DNA from: Pseudomonas phage SM1
Reading direction: 5' to 3' (one strand)
Length of the DNA: 64,000 nt
Sequence record: NC_041877.1
The notes under the pieces were generated by a model. It saw only the letters and a program-made list of their open reading frames with translations, was not told where the DNA came from and did not search any database. The position numbers were made by a program, and so were the translations under genes. Every line of letters begins with the position of its first letter. Position 1 is the stretch's first letter. Below, piece by piece: positions 55,265 to 64,000 of the stretch.

Positions 55265-55702
55265 ATGGACCAGTACAACCAAGAAATGCTTAGCGCGGAG
55301 TTCGACCGGATTCTCGCGCAAGCCATCCCTCTAGGGGATTTTTTGAATACGGCGCAGCTTTTTATCGATGCAGATGATTTCCAAAAACTCGGGATGAATC
55401 TGCATCACTCGGCGCTTATCCAGGCTGCGGCGGAGCTGCATCACCCTGATGATAGCTTTATCGATGAAGGAGTAACTACGCAGACGGAGGTTTATTTCGA
55501 GACCTACCGCCGTGCCTTCTTTGACGTGCTCCACGGCGCCCGCTTGGGTACCCTGGAGATTGTCAGAGACAGCGCACAACGGGAGTATGTAGCGTCTACG
55601 CTATATGCCCGGATTGCGGAGCATGCACCCGATGCCGGTAATCCGGCCACGGACAAGTGCATCGGCAAGGTAGTGGATATTTCATCGCGTCGGAAGCATT
55701 GA
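55265..55702 (+). CDS. hypothetical protein
   Basis: 145 aa. Confidence 0.45.
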   Translation: MDQYNQEMLSAEFDRILAQAIPLGDFLNTAQLFIDADDFQKLGMNLHHSALIQAAAELHHPDDSFIDEGVTTQTEVYFETYRRAFFDVLHGARLGTLEIVRDSAQREYVASTLYARIAEHAPDAGNPATDKCIGKVVDISSRRKH

Positions 55703-55703
55703 A

Positions 55704-56855
55704 ATGCGGATACTCAATCCTACTGAAACCCGTCTATCCCCGCATTTCATGCTTTCGGATTTTATGGGATGCCACTCCGTTTACTCGAAAGGGTATCGCA
55801 ATGAGTTCGAGAGCGGCGATGCGCTGGTAGATGTTCGTCTGGAGAACGCGAAAGCACTTTGCGAGTTTGCGTTAGAGCCCGTCTTAGGGACAGCCGGTCC
55901 CATCTCGATCTCCTATGGCTATATCTCACTTGAGCTTTCTGAGCGGATAGTCAGGTATCAAGACCCCAGGAAGCCTAGCCACCACATGTGGAACCTCGGG
56001 GCAGCCGCAGATATCTGCGTGCATGAATGGGTGCAAACGCTTGCACCTGGGGCGCAAGACAGAACCGGCGCACCGCTCGAATTCGCTCTACTGCATATGG
56101 CGGACTTGCCACTTTCTAGGCTCATCACCTATAGCGAATCGCCGTTCTTCTGCGTCGCGGTATCGCAGCAGGAGGTGCTCAGTGGCCTGCCGCGTAAGAT
56201 GTGGTACGAGAACGAATACGGTGGCGTGCCCGGGGCTAAACCGCATTTTCGGAAGTTGGCTTCCGATCCCGCCCGAGAGCTGAGACTGCACGACATCACG
56301 CAAGACGGCTTTGAGCATGGGTGGCAGGGGGCGGGCTTCCCTACGTACCACGGCGGCGGCAAACGCCAGTATCAACATTTTCGAGTAAGCGCTTATACGA
56401 TGCTCAGCGATTGGCTCTTTGATGAGCTGTTTGTCAGGGTCGGCATAAGCAATGAACCGCAGATGGGTAACCCGCTAACCAGGGAAGCTTTCTACCTCGC
56501 GGGATACGCGTACGACTTACTCATAAAAGTTTTGGGCGTTCCGCGTCTGTCCATTGTGAGCGCCTACACCAACCCCAGAAGTAGCAATAAATGGATAGAA
56601 GGGCGCGATTGGGCCGGCAGCTCGATTGTCTTCGAGTTGGTACCGCCGGAGTACCTCAGCCCAGAAGACGCCCAGGCCTCTTGCCTACAGCATCCTAGCA
56701 TCTCGGAAATTATGAACATAGAAGTAGACGAAGATCGTCTAATAGTTATAGTGGAGCGAGAAAATGCGAAAAACTCCAAGGGATTTAAGGCAAGCACCTC
56801 CGCCGTGCTTGCACATGCAAGAGCCAGTTCCGGGCAAAGAATACGTCGTAGTTAG
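55704..56855 (+). CDS. protein with N-terminal peptidase M15A-like (zinc D,D/L,D-peptidase) domain; possible cell-wall hydrolase
   Basis: HFMLSDFMGCHS and SHHMWNLGAAADI resemble the M15A/YcbK H..G.A.D zinc-binding motifs. Confidence 0.4.
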   Translation: MRILNPTETRLSPHFMLSDFMGCHSVYSKGYRNEFESGDALVDVRLENAKALCEFALEPVLGTAGPISISYGYISLELSERIVRYQDPRKPSHHMWNLGAAADICVHEWVQTLAPGAQDRTGAPLEFALLHMADLPLSRLITYSESPFFCVAVSQQEVLSGLPRKMWYENEYGGVPGAKPHFRKLASDPARELRLHDITQDGFEHGWQGAGFPTYHGGGKRQYQHFRVSAYTMLSDWLFDELFVRVGISNEPQMGNPLTREAFYLAGYAYDLLIKVLGVPRLSIVSAYTNPRSSNKWIEGRDWAGSSIVFELVPPEYLSPEDAQASCLQHPSISEIMNIEVDEDRLIVIVERENAKNSKGFKASTSAVLAHARASSGQRIRRS

Positions 56856-57507
56856 CAGTGATTTGGCTATCGGCGCAGACGAAATGGTGCTCAATATACG
56901 TGGCTCCGCATCGGCGATTTTAACTATAGATGAGCTTTCATCAGAGTTCTTTGACGCCCTTTTCTACGACCAGACTGCGCATCAAGAGAGAGCGCAGAGC
57001 ACAATTCGCGGAAGTTTCATAAATGCCGCCTTGGATCGACTCCGGGGTAAAATTACTTTCGTGGAATCTGCGGTATCCACCCTGGAAGACGCAGCGAGAG
57101 CCGAAGGGTGGAGGCTGGGGCGTGACAATAAAAAGTCCCCTGGTTTGGTAGTCATTCGGGCGGCGGCAAACGCTTTCTACGAATACATCGAAACTCTTAG
57201 TCGCGAGGAGCCAGAGATTAGGTACGCCGCTATCCACGGGCAGGGCGCCGGTCGGCATGTAGTATTCGTGGCGCTTACGCCCTCTGCGGCTATGTCTTAT
57301 GCGACTTCCGGTTTGCCTAATTCGCACCCTATCAGGCAGTACATGCCGCTAGAGGCGACCGACACGCCAGAGGAGGAGAGAGTTGCGCTGGCCGTAGGTT
57401 CCGTAGTTCTGGCTATCCGCCGTCGAGCGTACCAGCCTCCCAGCAGGGCTCCCACTTTACGCGAATCGCTTAGGGGGACTCGAAGATTCGGGTTTGTACG
57501 GGAATAG
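56813..57507 (+). CDS. hypothetical protein
   Basis: ATG 56813 chosen; overlaps the upstream 3' end. Confidence 0.4.
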
Positions 57508-57514
57508 AACGTCC

Positions 57515-57934
57515 ATGATTAACAAGGAACGGAAACATTTTGGATTAGTCGGTCTGTCTAGGGCCCCCAGAAAACGCCACTCGGTAATCAGCAACACCTG
57601 CTTGGTGCAGGATGGGGAGACTTCCGGATATTGCTACATAAAGTTCAGTGAGAGTTTCGTGACTTTTGTAGGTAAAAAACTGCATCGCGGGGTAGCCGTT
57701 TTCGATCCAGCTTTTGTGGAGGTCGTAAAGGTAGGGGAGTCGTGGGAGGTATGGGCCTGCTATCATAGGGACGCACATCGAACGATGTTATGGGTGACGG
57801 ATAGACAGCCGTCGTGGATTGAAACAGTCAAAAAGGTAAGAGCAAATGGCAACGTCCAGTCGCATCCGACCGAAAAGATCGGCTCCGGTAGGGCAGGAAG
57901 CTCAAGAGAAGAAAACCACTCTAGCGAGACCTAG
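57515..57934 (+). CDS. hypothetical protein
   Basis: 139 aa; overlaps the next ORF by about 90 nt. Confidence 0.35.
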   Translation: MINKERKHFGLVGLSRAPRKRHSVISNTCLVQDGETSGYCYIKFSESFVTFVGKKLHRGVAVFDPAFVEVVKVGESWEVWACYHRDAHRTMLWVTDRQPSWIETVKKVRANGNVQSHPTEKIGSGRAGSSREENHSSET

Positions 57935-58259
57935 AGTCCGCGTAAGACCGGCGCGGGGGGTAGAGGAGCCCGTAAAACCGGTAGAGTTGATCCCCGTACG
58001 CACCGAAACACCACCGGAGCGCGAGGTAGTTCATTCTTGGTCGGACCGTGTTGATTATGATGCGATCATCCAGAACTACAAGTCTAAGGCCACCAGTTAC
58101 AAAACTGCGATACGCTCCCATTGTGTGGATTGTATGGGCGGCCTGGTACAGTCGATCAAGGATTGCACGTCCTACGACTGCTCGTTGTACCCCTTCCGGA
58201 TGGGCGAGAACCCGTACGACGCCCGGACCGTTAAGGCCAGGGAAAAGAAAGAGGGCTGA
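57846..58259 (+). CDS. hypothetical Cys-rich (zinc-ribbon-like) protein
   Basis: CVDCMGG...CTSYDC motif; basic N-terminus. Confidence 0.4.
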   Translation: MATSSRIRPKRSAPVGQEAQEKKTTLARPRVRVRPARGVEEPVKPVELIPVRTETPPEREVVHSWSDRVDYDAIIQNYKSKATSYKTAIRSHCVDCMGGLVQSIKDCTSYDCSLYPFRMGENPYDARTVKAREKKEG

Positions 58260-58263
58260 CAGC

Positions 58264-58917
58264 ATGCAGATAGTAGGACTTACGGGTCTTCCTCGCAGCG
58301 GGAAAGACACTCTGGCCAATCTAATGGTGGCAAGGCATAGCTGGATTAGGATGGCCTACGCCGAGCCGCTGTACGAGGAGGTAGCGGAAGCCTTCGGGGT
58401 CACGGTGGTTCAGCTACTTAGCAACGAGTGGAAGACACAGCCTCAAGCGCGCTTGGTAATCGACCGCTGCACTGACAAGGAATTTTTCGATGTATTCGAA
58501 AAAGCCATGGATGGTGATTGTCTCTACCGGTACAACACCTCTCGAACCATTTTGCAGTTGTGGGGGACTGAGTACCGGCGCCTGTCTTGCCGCCAATCAT
58601 ACTGGACCGAGAAGATGGAGCAGCGCATCATGGAGGCCTATCACAACGGGCACTCAAGGATCGTCGTGTCAGATGTGCGGGTCTTTCTCGACGGGCAGGG
58701 CCAACCCGTTTACGATGAGTTTGAATGTCTGGATTCCTTGGCATTCGAGCTGGGAGGTTCTATGAAGTTGGTAGAAGTCCTCCGGGAGGGTACTACGAGT
58801 AACGGCCATAGCAGTGATTCGCGGTTCCCTGACCATCTGATATACGCCAAACTCAACAACAACCGGACGCCGGAAGAGTTATTCTTCCAGGCTGGAAAAA
58901 TGGGAATAGTCACATGA
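58264..58917 (+). CDS. dNMP-kinase-like P-loop nucleotide kinase
   Basis: MQIVGLTGLPRSGKDTLANLM parallels the T4 gp1 dNMP kinase N-terminus (MKLIFLSGVKRSGKDTTADFI). Confidence 0.6.
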   Translation: MQIVGLTGLPRSGKDTLANLMVARHSWIRMAYAEPLYEEVAEAFGVTVVQLLSNEWKTQPQARLVIDRCTDKEFFDVFEKAMDGDCLYRYNTSRTILQLWGTEYRRLSCRQSYWTEKMEQRIMEAYHNGHSRIVVSDVRVFLDGQGQPVYDEFECLDSLAFELGGSMKLVEVLREGTTSNGHSSDSRFPDHLIYAKLNNNRTPEELFFQAGKMGIVT

Positions 58918-59660
58918 CCATTGCAAAAGATAGCAACGCCGACGCCGCGTTTTCTCAAATGTTTCCCAAGGGTTTGGACATGTGCGAGCTGGATGCGCGC
59001 ATGCACCAGCTTTTTGGCAACCGCGAAGGCAATAAGTTCTCCCCGAGCTGGGCCGACCTACAGCGGTATACTGACATTCTGAAATCCGAAGTTGAGGAAC
59101 TGGAGAAAGGAGTAAACGAGCAGGATTTCGTCGAAGTTCTCGATGGCCTTGGTGATATTCTGACCGTTCTCCACGGCTTGGCCAACTTGGCTGGCGTCGA
59201 TATTCGAGAAGTATGGATGCGGGTGTTCGAGTCCAATCTCACTAAATTCTGCCGTAACGCCGGTGAGATGGAGGCCACCTTGGAAAAATATAAAAACCAG
59301 GGCGTATCAGTAGAGGCGGGCGGCGTATTCCCCTTTGCCTACGTCACAACTTCGGAAGCTCAGGTAGTAAACGGGCGTCAGGTGCCGAAGGGCAAGTTTC
59401 TCAAGTGCGTACGCTTCACGGAGCCGGATTTTTCGGACCTCTTATCAAGTGAGTACAAAGGCACCCGTAGCCTTGTAGGTATGTTGGATAGTTTCGATGT
59501 ACCGCTACAGCACCGGCTTCGGAGTATGCTGACGGGAGCCAAACCACGACAGGCCTCCGAGCGTATCCTTCTACAGCTCGAAAGCCAAGGTATGCTGAGC
59601 CCTGTAAGCCAGCCGTCGAACGCGAAGCCGACCCCCAGGGTCCGAGATATCCTGAGATAG
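58914..59660 (+). CDS. MazG-like nucleotide pyrophosphohydrolase
   Basis: LKSEVEELEKG...EVLDGLGDILTVLHGLA matches the MazG EExxE / E..D..GD metal-binding helices. Confidence 0.6.
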   Translation: MTIAKDSNADAAFSQMFPKGLDMCELDARMHQLFGNREGNKFSPSWADLQRYTDILKSEVEELEKGVNEQDFVEVLDGLGDILTVLHGLANLAGVDIREVWMRVFESNLTKFCRNAGEMEATLEKYKNQGVSVEAGGVFPFAYVTTSEAQVVNGRQVPKGKFLKCVRFTEPDFSDLLSSEYKGTRSLVGMLDSFDVPLQHRLRSMLTGAKPRQASERILLQLESQGMLSPVSQPSNAKPTPRVRDILR

Positions 59661-59678
59661 TGCAAGCGTTTGCACAGA

Positions 59679-59705
59679 GCCCCGCCAAGTGCGGGGCTTT
59701 TTATT
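59679..59705 (+). terminator. rho-independent terminator
   Basis: GCCCCGC-CAAGT-GCGGGGC stem followed by TTTTTATT; directly preceded by a palindrome copy. Confidence 0.7.
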
Positions 59706-59761
59706 GCCCGGGATTCAGTTTGTGTTGTAAGCTCGCGCCAGTTTGGAAAGGGAGAAACGAT

Positions 59762-60121
59762 ATGGGCAATGAAACTGCGTCCGTATTTCCTGCGTTGGTG
59801 CAAGAAGTGTTGTCCGGAGACGATCTGGTTTTGTTGGTAGACCTGGGAGTTGATGGCTTGCATAAGCGCGTGCGGGTACGGCTTAAAGATGTGGATGCAC
59901 CCAATGCGATACGGCAGGGTTCGGATACGGAAGCTGGAAAACTGAGGGACCGAGTTGCAAACCTTTGCAACCACTCGAAGGTTACGGCCACTGTAGTCAA
60001 GAAAACTGCACATGCTTGGGTAGTGATCCTCAACCTTGAAACTTCTGACGGGCAGAACATCGACCTGAATGAAATGCTCAAGAGCGAAGGCTACGTCTAC
60101 CGGGGGCTACGAAATGAGTGA
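59762..60121 (+). CDS. hypothetical protein
   Basis: RBS GGGAGAAACGAT then ATG. Confidence 0.4.
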   Translation: MGNETASVFPALVQEVLSGDDLVLLVDLGVDGLHKRVRVRLKDVDAPNAIRQGSDTEAGKLRDRVANLCNHSKVTATVVKKTAHAWVVILNLETSDGQNIDLNEMLKSEGYVYRGLRNE

Positions 60122-61736
60122 AACAACCCAACGAGTTCCGCGCCGTCGCCGGGCCTCCGCGATCACTGCGCGTTCGACCGTAATTCAGGTCAAACGTGCA
60201 GACGCTGATACCTCGCGACAAGTGGATTTTCTAGAGGACTGGACCGGCATTGATTCTGCCGGCGGGATTATTCTGCTTCCGCCGTACGACCCGGGTCGTC
60301 TTTTCGAGATCATCGAAACCTCTAACGCCTTGCGGCCCTGCATCGACGCCTACGTGACAAACGTAGTCAAGCCGGGGTGGGAAGTAGGGCCGATTCGTCG
60401 TGGCGCCAAGATCAATGCTGGCGAGGCTGACGAGCTTCAGTCTTTTATCGAGTACGCAAACAGCGACCAGAACCTGGAAGCGGTCTTGGATGCGGCTGTG
60501 CGTGACCGGGAATCAGTAGGCTACGGATTCGTAGAGGCTATTCGCGACCTATCCAACAATCTCAGTCTTTTCCGCCATGCGCCTGCGCTGCATACGCGCC
60601 TTGGGGTCAAGCACCCGCAGGAGGTTGAGGTTCGCTACACGATAGCCCGTGGTCGTCGAGTTACGACCGTTACCGAATTCCGCCGTTTTCGCAAATTCGT
60701 TCAACGAGTGAACGCAAGGACCGTGTGGTTCAAAGAGTTTGGCGACCCGCGCCGCATGAACCGCAATACTGGTCTCTTCGAGGGCGAAGACGGCTATACC
60801 CCCGGAGCCGATGCCACTGAAATTCTGCACCTGAAACTGCCGTCCAACGAGCCTTACGGAGTGCCGCGCTGGATTAACCAGCTTCCCTCGATCATCGGCA
60901 GCCGCGAGGCTGAAGAAGTAAACATGCGCTATTTTCAGGAAAACACGGTGCCCCCGATGATGCTGACGGTTTCGGGTGGCCGGCTTACTGCCTCGTCGTT
61001 CAAGAACCTGACCAACATGTTCACGCAGAACACCGGCCAGGAGCGCCAGAACCGCATCATGATCGTGGAAGCGGTAGGTGAAGGAGACAGTCTGGATAAC
61101 AAAGGCTCTACTATCCAGATGAAGGTCGAGAAACTTACCGATGCCCGCCAGTCGGACGCGTTGTTCAAGGACTATGACGCAGCCAACATGGCTAAAGTAC
61201 GGTCTTCCTGGCGCCTAGGTGCGGTGCTTGTCGGTATGGGTAATGAGACCAACTACGCTAACGCGCAAGTGGCAATTGCGCTGGCTGAAGCCCAGGTATT
61301 CGGGCCCGAACGAAGTGACATGGATGAGCTTCTGAATAAGTTGGTTGTCAACGGTTATCGAGGTCTGGCCCTGAAGACCTGCAAGTTGGTATCTCGCGTT
61401 CCGCCGATCAGCAGTCCGGAAATGGTCATCAAGGCGTTGACCGCACTGAACGTGATGGGTGGCGTAACTCCGCGTAGCGCTATCGATGCGGCAAATACCT
61501 TCTTGCAAACCGAGCTGCCGCAATATCCGGAGAAAGGGGAGGCCGGCTATGAACCCTGGATGGACCAACCTATGGCGAGGTCCATCAAAAACAGCGGCGG
61601 GGAGTCCACTACTGGCAAGCTCCCGACAACTCATGCCGGCCAGAGTCTCAAAGATGACGCTACCAAGTCATTGGAGCAAGATGGCGATATCGAGTTCCGG
61701 GCCCCGGAGCATGGTAGGGAGGGTGAAAGCCTATGA
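60114..61736 (+). CDS. putative portal protein
   Basis: 540 aa; first gene of a head-morphogenesis-like block ending in an HK97-like capsid gene; no motif-level support. Confidence 0.4.
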   Translation: MSETTQRVPRRRRASAITARSTVIQVKRADADTSRQVDFLEDWTGIDSAGGIILLPPYDPGRLFEIIETSNALRPCIDAYVTNVVKPGWEVGPIRRGAKINAGEADELQSFIEYANSDQNLEAVLDAAVRDRESVGYGFVEAIRDLSNNLSLFRHAPALHTRLGVKHPQEVEVRYTIARGRRVTTVTEFRRFRKFVQRVNARTVWFKEFGDPRRMNRNTGLFEGEDGYTPGADATEILHLKLPSNEPYGVPRWINQLPSIIGSREAEEVNMRYFQENTVPPMMLTVSGGRLTASSFKNLTNMFTQNTGQERQNRIMIVEAVGEGDSLDNKGSTIQMKVEKLTDARQSDALFKDYDAANMAKVRSSWRLGAVLVGMGNETNYANAQVAIALAEAQVFGPERSDMDELLNKLVVNGYRGLALKTCKLVSRVPPISSPEMVIKALTALNVMGGVTPRSAIDAANTFLQTELPQYPEKGEAGYEPWMDQPMARSIKNSGGESTTGKLPTTHAGQSLKDDATKSLEQDGDIEFRAPEHGREGESL

Positions 61737-62335
61737 GTAATGAAATTGCTTTACGCCGGATATCCAGGGATGGCTACGAGTGGGAGCAAGTAGCGTGGGC
61801 CGAGTTGTTGGTGCCGGATACCCCAAACGTCTACGGCGACGTGTATACCAGAGAGGCCATCGTAGGGTTCCGCGATGCCTACATGGAGGCCAACTACGGT
61901 CTCGATTTGGAGCACGACGGGGAGGATATCCGTAATACCGGGTACTACATTGTGGAGTCGTTCATCGCCAGGGAAGGCGATCCTGATTTCATCCCAGGTT
62001 CGTGGGTGCTCGGGGTAAAAGTTCTGGACTCGGACATCTGGAATCGCATCCTTACGGGCGACTTGAATGGATTCAGCTTCGAGGCTCTTGTCGGTCTAGA
62101 GCCGATAACTCTGTTGTATTCGGACGAGATGGAGCAGGTATTGGTGCATGGAACTACTGAGCCTGACCCTTTCGACGGACATACCCATTCTTTTTCAGTG
62201 GTACTAGGGCCACTGAATAAGGTAATCTCCGGCTCAACCGGAGAAACGGATGGGCATTTCCACCCTATAACCACCCATACGGTAACCGGGCACGCAGCCG
62301 GGCATAACCATCGATTCCAAGTCCTGGGAGACTAA
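61733..62335 (+). CDS. hypothetical head-morphogenesis protein (possible prohead protease)
   Basis: 200 aa between the putative portal and scaffold; ATGA overlap. Confidence 0.3.
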   Translation: MSNEIALRRISRDGYEWEQVAWAELLVPDTPNVYGDVYTREAIVGFRDAYMEANYGLDLEHDGEDIRNTGYYIVESFIAREGDPDFIPGSWVLGVKVLDSDIWNRILTGDLNGFSFEALVGLEPITLLYSDEMEQVLVHGTTEPDPFDGHTHSFSVVLGPLNKVISGSTGETDGHFHPITTHTVTGHAAGHNHRFQVLGD

Positions 62336-62336
62336 A

Positions 62337-63719
62337 ATGAGTAAGAACCAACGTATTCGTCGGTCCACTGAAGTGGAAGGAAACCTCGTCACGATCAGCA
62401 AACCGGCGTTCATTACCATGTGCAAGAAACCGGCTAACCAGCGTGGTTTCTCTGTACTTCGTTCCGATGGTGACGAGCCGGCGACCTCCAAGCGCGTCCG
62501 CCCGGCTCGGGCCCGCCGTAGCGACACCGCCAATCTCGTGCGTCTGGAGTTCCCGGCAGATTTGACCGAGGAGCAGGTAAAGGAGAGTCTGCAAAGCTTC
62601 GGCCTGGGGGAACTCCAGATCACCCGTAACGAAGGAGAGCCGTGGAAAGCCGTCAATAGTGCAATCGCTTGCACGGACGACGAGCTGGTTGCCCATAAGA
62701 TCACGGAAGATGGAGTAACCGCATTCGTTAAACGTTCCGAAGCGGTTAGCGGAACTCCGGGTAAAAACAAAATCGTGGTCAATGCCATTCGTTTCGACGA
62801 CAAAGATGCGTCGCGAGAAGAAGTCGAAGCATGGCTCGCTGAAAATGGTGTTGACTTCGATGAAAAAGACCTCAACAATTCGTCCGGCAAATTTGTGTTG
62901 CAGCGGGCGGAGTTGGAGGATGGGGTAGAAACTCGCCAAGTGGAGTTGTCCGAGGGGGTTGTCGCAGTTATTTCGCGAGGTGACTCCCAGGATATTCCGG
63001 CGGGTTTCGTACTGGTCGTGAATGAGTTGGCTTACTCCGGCTACGGCTGGGGGCAGTTGGATTTCAACTCCTACATGGCCGACCGTACTGTTGGTGAGGC
63101 TGTTCGGGATGCGATGTACAACCTCGACAGCGTTATTAACAATATCCTGTTCTGGAACACGGAATTGACGGTAGAGGCGAAAAAGACCTTGGTTACCCGC
63201 AGCGTGAATCAGTTCGCTGAATACGTTAACGGTTTCCTCGACAGCTTGCCGCGCTCGCTGCTGATCCCGGTAACCCCCGAAACAATTTCTGCTCAACGTA
63301 GCGATACCGTCAAGGAGTCCAAAGAGATGAATATGAAGTCCACCCCCACCGCGTATGTAACCAAGGAGGATTTGGCCTCCACCGTCGCCGAGGTGCTGCG
63401 TTCCGAGCGCGAAGCCGAACGTGAGCGTGAGCGTCAGGCTGCTGCCGAAAAAGAGCGCCTGGAGCAGGAAGCGCAAATTCGCCGCAGCGAAACCGAGGAA
63501 GTGGTAAAGGCCGCCGTCCAGCCTCTGCTGCAACAGATCGAAGAGCTGAAGGGCACCACCGTCGTTCGCAGCGGCGAAGAGCCGATCACCAAGCCGCGCA
63601 AGGAAGAAGATGTAACCCGTAACGACGGCAGTGTCTTCTCCGGCATGCTGGGTGACATCCACGGCCTGCGGGACATCAGCGAACTGGAAGACGAAGCCGA
63701 CGAGAGCGGCGACGAGTAA
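62337..63719 (+). CDS. putative scaffolding protein
   Basis: C-terminal coiled-coil REAERERERQAAAEKERLEQEAQIRR and acidic tail DEADESGDE; lies immediately upstream of the capsid gene. Confidence 0.4.
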   Translation: MSKNQRIRRSTEVEGNLVTISKPAFITMCKKPANQRGFSVLRSDGDEPATSKRVRPARARRSDTANLVRLEFPADLTEEQVKESLQSFGLGELQITRNEGEPWKAVNSAIACTDDELVAHKITEDGVTAFVKRSEAVSGTPGKNKIVVNAIRFDDKDASREEVEAWLAENGVDFDEKDLNNSSGKFVLQRAELEDGVETRQVELSEGVVAVISRGDSQDIPAGFVLVVNELAYSGYGWGQLDFNSYMADRTVGEAVRDAMYNLDSVINNILFWNTELTVEAKKTLVTRSVNQFAEYVNGFLDSLPRSLLIPVTPETISAQRSDTVKESKEMNMKSTPTAYVTKEDLASTVAEVLRSEREAERERERQAAAEKERLEQEAQIRRSETEEVVKAAVQPLLQQIEELKGTTVVRSGEEPITKPRKEEDVTRNDGSVFSGMLGDIHGLRDISELEDEADESGDE

Positions 63720-63776
63720 TTCAACCCGGCGCGTGCTGTAAGGCAAGCCATCAGTAAAGCAACAGGAGAGACAGAG

Positions 63777-64000
63777 ATGTCCAAGAAAGCGTACGAACTC
63801 ATGAAAAAGCGCGCCGACCTGTCCATCGGGCAGATCACCTCGGCGGGCGGTGTTCTGCTGCCGCAGCAGTCGAACCGCTTCATCGACTTCATCCTCGAAC
63901 AACCGACCGTGATCCGGCAAGCCCGTGTAATCCGCATGGGCGCCCCCGAGGTCAACATCAACCGCATGGGCTTCGACAGTCGTGTACTGCGCGCCGCGCG
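63777..64000 (+). CDS. major capsid protein, HK97-fold family (5' partial; continues beyond the window)
   Basis: RBS AGGAGAG; N-terminus ...SIGQITSAGGVLLPQQ...VIRQARVIRMG matches common HK97-like major-capsid N-terminal patterns. Confidence 0.5.
   Translation, partial: MSKKAYELMKKRADLSIGQITSAGGVLLPQQSNRFIDFILEQPTVIRQARVIRMGAPEVNINRMGFDSRVLRAA

Noticed and set aside
1-64000. Integrase, excisionase or transposase (given the ssrA-like fragment)
   Set aside because: No tyrosine or serine recombinase or transposase signature (R..H..R..Y, resolvase S-R, DDE) was recognised in any frame. The only excisionase-like HTH (10662) is not adjacent to the ssrA-like site.

Overview
The window reads as a contiguous segment of a large (>64 kb), roughly 58-60% GC tailed-phage genome. 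Every credible gene lies on the + strand. The first 23 kb holds a replication, recombination and nucleotide-metabolism block, in this order: DnaB-like helicase; family-A DNA polymerase with an N-terminal UDG-like domain; DnaG-like primase; SF2 helicase; RecA-like recombinase; an Hjc-like, a Cas4/RecB-like and a RuvC-like nuclease; a ParB-like protein; a ParB-methyltransferase fusion; a CmoA-like SAM enzyme; small and large terminase; a dCTP-deaminase-like protein; and a PhoH-like ATPase. A roughly 1.6-kb ORF-free region (24.1-25.66 kb) follows. It contains a sigma70-like promoter, a tRNA-Arg(TCT), a segment resembling the 3' end of tmRNA with an encoded CCA, iteron-like repeats and long perfect inverted repeats. 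Next come Ea22-like and repeat-containing hypotheticals and tail-fibre genes (31-34.5 kb). From 34.8 to 57.5 kb there is a block of small, mostly uncharacterised genes, plus a dNMP-kinase-like protein, a MazG-like protein and the start of a head-morphogenesis module (putative portal, putative scaffold, HK97-like capsid start). Non-coding signals are unusually dense. A 14-bp palindrome, TGCAA(G/A)CG(C/T)TTGCA, occurs in about 21 copies. The leader motif (T)CACCCAGAGGGGA sits 7-10 nt upstream of nine start codons. Three intergenic loci carry a composite of CTGTGTGGGCAT repeats followed by CTGGTG (Chi-like GCTGGTGG) repeats. A 700-bp ORF-free hub at 42.4-43.1 kb carries repeated TCCTATATAGGG motifs, one of which closely resembles a T7 RNA polymerase promoter. 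The most plausible candidate for a novel system is a DNA base-modification and nucleotide-pool module (UDG-like/PolA fusion, ParB-methyltransferase fusion, CmoA-like enzyme, dCTP deaminase, dNMP kinase, MazG, DUF1643) combined with an unusual repeat-based regulatory architecture. Every functional call rests on motif recognition by eye and needs an HMM or BLAST check.
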